NCBI GenBank assembly: GCA_965209055.1
Contig: OZ242374.1
Location: 5,952,001 to 6,016,000 of the forward strand
Length of the DNA: 64,000 nt
DNA from: Acidobacteriota bacterium
Lineage (GTDB): Bacteria > Acidobacteriota > UBA6911 > RPQK01 > JAJDTT01
Direction of reading: 5' to 3'
The notes under the pieces are model-generated. The model was not told the origin of the DNA. It searched no databases and saw nothing but the letters and a program-made list of their open reading frames with translations. Made by a program: the position numbers and the translations under genes. Within the stretch, counting starts at the first letter, position 1, and each line of letters opens with the position of its first letter. Shown here piece after piece: positions 41,601 through 48,167 of the stretch.

Positions 41601-43851
41601 CAGCGTCGGCGCCGAGGCGTTGGCAGGGAGTGCCGATCTCGCCCTGTTCCCGTCCTGGGTCGACGCCGCGTTGGCGTCGGGTTGGACCTGGGTTCTGCTG
41701 GGCCGCCCGGACCGGGCGCGAGAGACGATGACGCGTCTCGAGGCGAAGGGTGCGGGTCGCGAAAAGGGACGCTTTCTTCTTTTGAGGAGCAGGATTCACC
41801 ACGATCTGGCGGAGTATGAGCGAGCATGCCATACCGCTTCCGAGGCGATAGAGACCCTCGCGCCGTACCTGCCGTACCATCGAGTGAAGGGGCTCCTGAG
41901 CCTTGCGGAGACTCTCTTGGCGCTGGGCCGATCCTCCGGTGCCGAGAGCTGCATTCGAAAGGCCACGGAGCTTTCGACGGAGCATTCCTATTTGCCTCTG
42001 CTCGCAACGGCGCATCTCCTGAAGGCGAGGCATCTGCTGGCGGACAACTCGCCTGACCGCGCCCGAGTCCTCTCGCTTCGGGCGCTTCAACTGGTAAAGC
42101 ATATGGATCGGCCCGGACTGGAGTCCGAGTTGTACCGGGTTCGGGCCAATGCCGAGGTTGCGAGCGGTGATCTCAAGAAGGGCTTCCGCACCTACTCTCG
42201 ATCCTTGCGGATCTTGAAACAGAGGGCCATACACCTCTCGGCCGATTTGCAAATCACATTCTCCGAACGCTTCATCGCACCTATCGAGACCGAACGCGAC
42301 CGGGCTTTCCGCCGGATTTCCAAGCATCCCGCGCCCGGGCATCTGAGCCATCTGCACGAACTGGTCTCCTCCATGGGGGAACGAGGCGGACTGGCGGAGA
42401 TCGCCGAGGCGGCCCTGAAATGTGTCGCCAAGGGGGTCCCGGGTTTGGGGGCGAATCTGTTCGGCCGGGAGCACAGTTCCAGGCGATTCCGTCTTTTCGC
42501 CCATTGCGGCGCCTGCGTCAGTAGCGGACGCCACCACCTCCTCAAAATGAACGAAGACGCCGCGTTCGACAGATCGCTGGAGCAGGTCCACGGCAAGGAC
42601 GGATCCGTGGCGGTGCGATTCTACGGAGATGGAGAGCCGTTGGCTCTGCTCCATCTGGAGCCACCCCCTCAGGGTATGTCCGAAGAGGATCTGGACCTCC
42701 TGGCTTGCATCATCAAGCTCCTGGAATGGCAGTTGCCGATCCGGACCGAACGCCCTGCAGAGCGGCTCGACGCCCCGGCCGCGCTCACCCTGAAAGATTC
42801 CAGGTCAATCATTGGAGAGCATGATTCCATGAAGACCTTGTTCGGTCACATCCAACGGGCGGCGCGCTCCGACGCCACCGTCCTGATCTTTGGCGAGACC
42901 GGAACGGGCAAGGAACTGGTCGCCCAGGCTCTACATGACTACAGTCGCCGCTCCGACGGCCCCATGACGCCGGTCAACTGCGGTGCGCTCCCCAAGGAGC
43001 TCATCGAGAGCGAATTCTTCGGACACCGGCAGGGGAGTTTCACCGGCGCCGTGCGGGACAAGCCCGGACTCTTCGAGGCCGCGTCGGGCGGAACGTTGTT
43101 TCTGGACGAAATCGGCGCCCTGTCGCTGGACCTGCAGGTTCGGTTGCTCAGAGTGCTTCAGGAGCGGAAGGTGCGGCGCGTGGGCGAGACGAGGGAGAGA
43201 GCCGTGGATGTGAGGATCGTGGCTGCCACCAACCAGCCTCTGGAGGACCTGATCGAGAAGGGCTTGTTTCGGGAAGACCTCTATCACCGGCTGAACGTGT
43301 ACTACCTGGAGATTCCCCCGCTCCGGGAGCGTCCCACGGACATCCCCCACTTGGCCCAGTTCTTCCTGGACTCCTTCAACCGGCGCTGGGGCACCAGGAA
43401 GACCCTTTCCGCAAGAGTTCGGCTCCACTTGACCCGGTATGACTATCCCGGCAACGTCCGGGAGCTGGAAAACATCCTGGAGAGCGCCTATCACCTTTGC
43501 GATGAGGCCATTGACCTGCCCGAGGTCTCTTCACGGCTCGCGCGATCGAAGAAGGAATCCTCGAGGGCCGAGAGGCTCGCCAATCTCGTCGAGCGCATGG
43601 TGGACGGCCACGCCGACTTCTGGGACGACGTCCGGGACGTCTATCTTCGCCGCGATCTCACCCGGGACGACCTTCGCCAGATCGTCTCCGTCGGCTTGGA
43701 GGCCTGCGGTGGGAGCTACCAGCGCCTGGTGCACTGCCTCGGATTGCCCAAGGAGGACTACAAGAAGTTCCTCTCCTTTTTGTCCAACCACGGCTGCAAA
43801 GTCGACTTCCGTCCGTTTCGCGCCCTGAGGCCAAGACCTCCTGGGAGGTAA
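38677..43851 (+). CDS. Multidomain sigma54-dependent activator: pseudokinase, NTPase, TPR-like, GAF-like and bEBP AAA+
   Basis: Kinase-like YASPE/DLYSLG; GHSGIGKT and NDLQWMD; GETGTGKE, ESEFFGH, GSFTGA, LFLDEIG, FREDLYHRL, YPGNVRELEN. Start uncertain. Confidence 0.9.
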   Translation: MSNNRTVLFREVAWPESREILCTSADRRSAPVSLRYRILRPLEPGPDLRVYLAVDEWDTARSKVLSLLPGKMTSPTGLRDVERLYDIRTALDHPWLHPVQDIAFRGKRPGFICDFLARKLIDKKGGHLTPCQAIKFSVQLAELLSFLHHRNFLCGYLRPSHLFVGKSGDLLLNLPAPKQRPAGKSWQTQAIRYASPEWISDRTASKESDLYSLGMVLYRLFTGHAPYMGTDSGTLRQKQILSYPVRPRMLNPDIPARVEQLILDLIQKDREFRPSSANHVSAALQAGDRLSAPPTPPFRTALVGREDESTTLREILDIHIRNPKPRWVSIAGHSGIGKTALMERVETAARLRRATTFSVSHHPGDGALDAFQSDSEPGQRWRFTDAWREAGNTTQLTHCLLSFLRKASSLAPVVFCINDLQWMDEVSLELYRRALRNDPISILFVANYRTDERPGHWKTLKLELERFGQLDEVRLARLHLLESERLVESLLGGPDPAAVPAILRESTGIPLYIRESLRHMRETGQLAFRSGRWRSAPFQTRSSFLPAGASRKITAHLNRLTPEQREILDHLALIGKPISAAGLARILQTSDESLSEKIHALERLNLACVSGRLHAPVFSVAHNWTARTIVRRVGDSPSKCRQIHKRIGSVLERRFQRSNDTLVLQDFVRHYIGAHEIGKVRQYIWAALLRLCERRAYADASGLLRLARRLGALPMDSRDRVKKSAEIMYVGGSLKECRDFCLKQLDSGPSQPDDRVYLLSMVARIHIHVGSMKRGMEALQEALGILEHSPTEFLKGELQAKWLDAMSRMGKHPEAGPVAAQMLAQSQKNKALAEKYHPAFASLAWANGDLDQATHWQLASVRSAIRRHRSISLGRRIADLSVLYSDRGQFKAARNSARYSLSLASEYGNPEVVILAQKALAIHSRKLGHHRHAARRLRDLIARNRGLNQNRHTEVELQIELTKNLNHLLDLETAVSVGAEALAGSADLALFPSWVDAALASGWTWVLLGRPDRARETMTRLEAKGAGREKGRFLLLRSRIHHDLAEYERACHTASEAIETLAPYLPYHRVKGLLSLAETLLALGRSSGAESCIRKATELSTEHSYLPLLATAHLLKARHLLADNSPDRARVLSLRALQLVKHMDRPGLESELYRVRANAEVASGDLKKGFRTYSRSLRILKQRAIHLSADLQITFSERFIAPIETERDRAFRRISKHPAPGHLSHLHELVSSMGERGGLAEIAEAALKCVAKGVPGLGANLFGREHSSRRFRLFAHCGACVSSGRHHLLKMNEDAAFDRSLEQVHGKDGSVAVRFYGDGEPLALLHLEPPPQGMSEEDLDLLACIIKLLEWQLPIRTERPAERLDAPAALTLKDSRSIIGEHDSMKTLFGHIQRAARSDATVLIFGETGTGKELVAQALHDYSRRSDGPMTPVNCGALPKELIESEFFGHRQGSFTGAVRDKPGLFEAASGGTLFLDEIGALSLDLQVRLLRVLQERKVRRVGETRERAVDVRIVAATNQPLEDLIEKGLFREDLYHRLNVYYLEIPPLRERPTDIPHLAQFFLDSFNRRWGTRKTLSARVRLHLTRYDYPGNVRELENILESAYHLCDEAIDLPEVSSRLARSKKESSRAERLANLVERMVDGHADFWDDVRDVYLRRDLTRDDLRQIVSVGLEACGGSYQRLVHCLGLPKEDYKKFLSFLSNHGCKVDFRPFRALRPRPPGR

Positions 43852-43921
43852 CGAACACGCGAAAGCGCTTCGGGTCGCTCGTGGTCGGTTTGGCGACCCG
43901 GTAAAGGTCGCCACGCCTCAC
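43830..43921 (-). pseudogene. Truncated MazF/PemK-like toxin
   Basis: MRRGDLYRVAKPTTSDPKRFRVFV is a PemK-like N-terminus overlapping the antitoxin stop; the rest of the frame is antisense to the activator gene. Confidence 0.65.
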
Positions 43922-44148
43922 GTTTCCACCTGATAGCCAAGAACATCGACCGCTTCTTCGTTGAGTTCATCGGCATGCATATTGATGATCTCGCGGTCGC
44001 GCTCGTCCATCGCGGCTCGTTCTCTCTCGGCGAAGCTGTCGCGGAGCAGCCTCTCGATCGGTTGAGATCGGCTTTCACCTTCACGAGTCACCGCTTCGAG
44101 GGCGGCCAAAACATCCTCTGCGAGTGTGACTGATGTCTTCAGCTTCAT
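43918..44148 (-). CDS. Ribbon-helix-helix antitoxin (MazE-like)
   Basis: MKLKTSVTLAEDVLAAL...SRSQPIERLL...INMHADELNEEAVDVLGYQ. Confidence 0.75.
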   Translation of the reverse strand: MKLKTSVTLAEDVLAALEAVTREGESRSQPIERLLRDSFAERERAAMDERDREIINMHADELNEEAVDVLGYQVET

Positions 44149-44333
44149 ACCACAATCACACTCCATCGAAGGTTGTTGTGGGTATTGACAAGGGTCAGCA
44201 GTGAGGCCTATGGAATGCCGACTCGGGCTCCACGTGATCCACGCACGGAGCCGATCGTACGACTGGCTTCCTGCAGGAATCCTGCTGACCGCCGGCTTGT
44301 TCCGAGCCTACGAAAGCACTTGAATCCAGCGTT

Positions 44334-45041
44334 TCACCCGAACACATGAATCCCGACGGAGACCAGCACTCCGTTCGTGGCATACCGGTAGTCGAGCCGC
44401 ACCGACTCGTCGGCGACCACCCAGTCGGTGATCGAACGGATGTAGCGGACTCGGAAATCGACCGGCCACTTGAGGCGCAGCGTGGTTCCCGCGCCGATGG
44501 ACCACGGCCTTCTTCCCAGCCGTTCCCGGTCCTCACCGGCCACTCCGGTCGCGGGATTCGTCGCTCCGCTCGCGAACTCGGTCCAGTTTCGGCGGATCCC
44601 CGCCAGGACGTAGATGTCCGCGAGTCCAGCGGCGGCTCTTCGGCCCAGGATGATGTTTCCGCCCGCGCCCCCCAGGTCGTTGTAGTCCCAACGTCCGGGC
44701 CAGACGTCGTGAACGTTACCGCTCCGGGTCGGCGAGATTGTGCCTTCCAGCATCCGCCGGCTGGAGACGACCGCCTCGAGCTCGCCGCCCACCAGCCAGC
44801 TTCCGGGCAGGCCGAGGCGCGCTCCGAACGCCACGCTGCCCGCCAACGCGGCGCCCGCTGAGGACGACGTGCTGGAACTGGACCCGCCCCCGATGGTCAC
44901 CTTCTTGGTGTGTTCCACCGTGACCTGGCCCGCTTCGGCGCCCACCCGCAGGTAGAAGGGGGACTGGCCGCGGGCGTCGCCCATACCGGAGCCGACGACG
45001 GTCACCGCTATCCAACCGATCCATTTGGCTAGAGATTTCAA
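44334..45041 (-). CDS. Small outer-membrane beta-barrel protein
   Basis: TTG start after GGGAG; signal peptide ending ARG-Q; alternating beta strands; C-terminal GVLVSVGIHVFG. Confidence 0.65.
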   Translation of the reverse strand: MKSLAKWIGWIAVTVVGSGMGDARGQSPFYLRVGAEAGQVTVEHTKKVTIGGGSSSSTSSSAGAALAGSVAFGARLGLPGSWLVGGELEAVVSSRRMLEGTISPTRSGNVHDVWPGRWDYNDLGGAGGNIILGRRAAAGLADIYVLAGIRRNWTEFASGATNPATGVAGEDRERLGRRPWSIGAGTTLRLKWPVDFRVRYIRSITDWVVADESVRLDYRYATNGVLVSVGIHVFG

Positions 45042-45312
45042 GAGCTTCGACTCCCTTCCGGAGAACCACCAAGGAACAACAACCCGAGCCCGCCGATCTG
45101 TGGGAATCAGCCTATGGTTCGTCGAAGCCGCGGTCAACTTCCAGGAACCGGGCTTGCTCTCGATTTCAGGCGGGACGATCAGGCGGGACCGGTTGGGGGG
45201 AGAACCAGGCCGCGGGCGCGGGGACCGATCGGCGTTGAGGGTTCGTCCCCGCGATGAGCGGGAGTTTTCCAGCCGCCACAATTCGTTGGCGAAAAGCGGC
45301 AACGCGGAAGGA

Positions 45313-45364
45313 GGGGGACAGGAACGTCTCCCCTCCCACTGGGCGACAGGAAAGTCGCCCCTCC
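45313..45364 (-). repeat. Two REP-like hairpins
   Basis: Minus strand GGAGGGGCGAC-TTTCCT-GTCGCCC and GGAGGGGAGAC-GTTCCT-GTCCCCC. Confidence 0.65.
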
Positions 45365-45376
45365 TGACTCATGGGC

Positions 45377-45583
45377 CTACTCGGCGAATTTCTGTACGGC
45401 TTTCGGGGCGAATGCGGCGACCAGGAAATACAGGACCAGCTCGGTCTTGCCGCTGCCCGACCCCCAGCCGAACACCTCGACGCACGCGAGCACGGCCGCC
45501 ACGATCAATGCCAACATGGACATCAGGCGCATTGAGGATGGATTGCCGTCGCCATCCGACATGAACTTTTTTGCGTTACTCAT
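45377..45583 (-). CDS. Small two-TM holin-like protein
   Basis: GGAGG RBS; MSNAKKFMSDGDGNPSSMRLMSMLALIVAAVLA...LVLYFLVAAFAPKAVQKFAE. The SSxR...KxxQKFAE layout recalls small phage membrane proteins; the function is inferred. Confidence 0.7.
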   Translation of the reverse strand: MSNAKKFMSDGDGNPSSMRLMSMLALIVAAVLACVEVFGWGSGSGKTELVLYFLVAAFAPKAVQKFAE

Positions 45584-45660
45584 ACCGTCCTCCAAAGCTG
45601 TGAAAATGAATTTTTTTGGAATCGCTCAGGGCTCTTTCTCCCGCGGCACCCCGCTGCGGG

Positions 45661-46185
45661 TCACACGACCCCCGGGAGCCCCGCGATCCTGGCGGCGATC
45701 TTCAGGCTGATGGAAAACGCCTTGAAAACGCCGTTCACCACACCGGCCAGTTCCTTCTGTTCCCGAACCTCCTGCGCCGCGGCGTCGACGCCGGCGCGGA
45801 GGCCGTCCAGTTCGGCTGCGGTGAACAACCGGTCCCAAGTGAGCACGGCGCCGACGGACAGCGTGAACAGCTTCGCGTCGATGTCCCCCTTCTGCTCCAG
45901 GAGATCCGAGTATCCGCGCGCATCGAGTTCGGTGTCGTAGAGGAGCCGGTCGTCGATGACCCTGCGCTCCTGCAGCAGGACTCTCTTGACCTCCCCGCTC
46001 TCGGCGGACCCGGCGGCGCCTGCGCTGTCGACCGCTTCCCTGACCCGCTCGATGGCAGCCATCGCGGCGCTCTCCAATCCGGCCGTCCCGGCGTCGTCTC
46101 GCTGGTCCCGCAGACCCACGGCCTCCTGCAGCAGAGAACGGGTGTCCTTGGCGATTCCCATCAGATTTCCCATGTTCAAATCCAT
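45661..46185 (-). CDS. Hypothetical all-helical protein, no signal peptide, hydrophobic/amphipathic C-terminus
   Basis: GAGGAG RBS, starts 3 nt after the upstream stop; ends LAGVVNGVFKAFSISLKIAARIAGLPGVV. Confidence 0.75.
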   Translation of the reverse strand: MDLNMGNLMGIAKDTRSLLQEAVGLRDQRDDAGTAGLESAAMAAIERVREAVDSAGAAGSAESGEVKRVLLQERRVIDDRLLYDTELDARGYSDLLEQKGDIDAKLFTLSVGAVLTWDRLFTAAELDGLRAGVDAAAQEVREQKELAGVVNGVFKAFSISLKIAARIAGLPGVV

Positions 46186-46188
46186 GCC

Positions 46189-46878
46189 CTACTCCTCGTC
46201 CGGAACCCGTTCGATCACGCGGTCCAGCACATCCAGAAACTCCCGGAATCCCCTCACGGCTTCCTCCAGGCGGTCCCGCTCTTCCTCGATTCCGGCCGCT
46301 GCCTGTTCCTGCTCGACCGAAGGCGACCGGCGGAGGCGCCGCGCCTCGGCCACGGCCAGGGCGACGCGGGAGAGGTCGATCTCGCCGACCCGCTTGGACA
46401 GCGACGTGTCGGACAGGTACCGGGTCAGTTCCACCTGCCCGATCCTCAACCGGATGACCAGCGAGATCAGCCGGTCGAGCCCGGACCGGCGTTGACCGTC
46501 GATCTCCCGGAGCCGGCGCAACTGGGCCGCGGAGACTTCGTCGGCCGCCAGATCGATCTCGGCGAGACGCATGAGAACCGCTGTCCGGAACGGCTCCTTC
46601 GCCCACGACGTCCGGAGTCGCAGGGCGAGCTCCGCATGGCGGAATTCCCGCCGCTTCAGCCGGGCTTGAGCCAGTTCCGATTCGACGGCGCCGTAATAGA
46701 ACTCCATGGCTTCCTGCCAGGCTTGTTTGTCTTGCCGCAGTTTCTTTTCGATCCGGTCCAGCGCACCGGTGATCTTCTCGGACAACCGGACGATTCCGGC
46801 GGGAGCGTCCTTGGCGGGGGTGGCGGCGGGGAACAGCAAAACGAGGAACAGGGCGAGGAGAGTCCGTGTGCGGGTCAT
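46189..46878 (-). CDS. Hypothetical secreted coiled-coil protein
   Basis: Signal peptide MTRTRTLLALFLVLLFPAATPA; ATGA overlap with the upstream gene. Confidence 0.8.
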   Translation of the reverse strand: MTRTRTLLALFLVLLFPAATPAKDAPAGIVRLSEKITGALDRIEKKLRQDKQAWQEAMEFYYGAVESELAQARLKRREFRHAELALRLRTSWAKEPFRTAVLMRLAEIDLAADEVSAAQLRRLREIDGQRRSGLDRLISLVIRLRIGQVELTRYLSDTSLSKRVGEIDLSRVALAVAEARRLRRSPSVEQEQAAAGIEEERDRLEEAVRGFREFLDVLDRVIERVPDEE

Positions 46879-47411
46879 TGTGGAGTCCCCCCGTCCTGAC
46901 GCTTCAGGAGGCGTTCCAGACCGGAGCCGATCTCCCTCATCCGATCGGCGCCGGGACCAATGTCGGTCATGACGTACTCGTGGATCAGAGACTGGCTCCG
47001 GTACAGCATGTCCAGAAGGCTGCCGAGGACGTCCATCTGCTCTTCGTGTTTCGGCCGCAGTTTCCGCAAGGGGCCCGGCCGGTGCGCTTCCTGGGCCTGA
47101 ATTTGCGCGATCCTCACCGCGATGGCGGCGGAAGCCTCCAGGGGATCGGGGTCATGATTGGCCTTGACCGTCTCGACGGTGCGCTTCAAAACCCGGGCTT
47201 CCCGCCGCAACTCCACAGCGGAAGCGAACAATTCATCCACGTGGGCCTGGTAGTCGGAGACGTTCTGTTGCGCGGACAGCAATCCCTCCAACTGGGTGGC
47301 GGAGGCGTTCTTGATATAGCTGGGCTTGGCGCAGGCGGACAGGGGAAGAATCAGCACTGCGGCGATCAGCGAGCGGCGGATTTCGTGCATGGCAAAGCAA
47401 ATGCGTGGCAT
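46875..47411 (-). CDS. Hypothetical helical lipoprotein
   Basis: Lipobox LSAC after RRSLIAAVLILP. Confidence 0.78.
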   Translation of the reverse strand: MPRICFAMHEIRRSLIAAVLILPLSACAKPSYIKNASATQLEGLLSAQQNVSDYQAHVDELFASAVELRREARVLKRTVETVKANHDPDPLEASAAIAVRIAQIQAQEAHRPGPLRKLRPKHEEQMDVLGSLLDMLYRSQSLIHEYVMTDIGPGADRMREIGSGLERLLKRQDGGTPQ

Positions 47412-47623
47412 GGGTTCTTCCTTCCCGGAATGCAGGATGACGGATTTGGCCGCGTGGTCGGCGGCCGCGATTTGAGGAGGCGATGCGCCCCGGTCCGAAT
47501 TGAGTTCAGACGGGTAATTGGAAGGCGGCGACGCAGGAGCGGACGACCATTGCCGAGGACGGTAGCACGAATGGGAGGGAGAATGCTACATGCTGTGAAC
47601 AACCAACCCGGACGGCCATTGGC

Positions 47624-47652
47624 TGCGGATGCCGGCCATCGCCGGCATCCGC
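47624..47652. repeat. Perfect 12-bp-stem hairpin
   Basis: GCGGATGCCGGC-CATC-GCCGGCATCCGC; no U-tract. Confidence 0.6.
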
Positions 47653-47977
47653 GACAAGCATGCCGCCCGTTACGCGGCGATTGGATGTTCGCGCTGTATC
47701 AGGAGACTCCTGGACGGCGTGCGGATCTTTCCCAGGGAACAGCACGCAGGACCTGACCCGGCAACTTCCACGGATTTCCAGGGGCCTCCCGAAGTCGGCA
47801 CACCTGTGTCTTTGTGAAACCACCGGGCTGAGTTTCCGAAATACAACTCCAATGGACTCATCGTCCGGCGCAGGACGAGTTGGTTTAGATGCAGTGGCGG
47901 CTCCTTCATGTGGCGGAGCCGACTTGACGATCCAGCAATGAGCATCACATTAAAACCCTTAACGAATGCTATGGTAG

Positions 47978-48042
47978 ATTATAGACTCATTATGTGATTC
48001 CATCGTGATTATTTGTCCTGTATAGGTGACTTTTTTGTGAAT
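47978..48042 (-). promoter_or_regulatory. OmpR/PhoB-type tandem half-site array plus -10 box
   Basis: Plus-strand GTGATT 47994, GTGATT 48005, GTGACT 48026, GTGAAT 48037; minus-strand TATAAT at 47978-47983, 10 nt past the array. Confidence 0.6.
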
Positions 48043-48167
48043 GATCTTGAAGGCGCGTCAATGGACACCGGACAAGTTCGACGTTCCCCGAATCCGGTTC
48101 CTTCATCGAGCGCACACTTGGCAGCATCGAATTACGCCCTGCTCTTCAGGCCGGCGAGGATGGGCCG

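Noticed and set aside
47390-47405. Sigma54 -24/-12 site TGGCAAAGCAAATGC
   Set aside because: GG-N10-GC spacing fits, but it lies inside and antisense to the lipoprotein gene. Near-matches around 38537 and 52717 have the wrong spacing or lack the GC.
44334-47411. Prophage remnant
   Set aside because: Apart from the holin-like gene there is no integrase, terminase, capsid, tail or endolysin.
47670-47948. 92-aa ORF under the 48-kb promoter
   Set aside because: No clear RBS, atypical composition and no motif; treated as non-coding or decayed.
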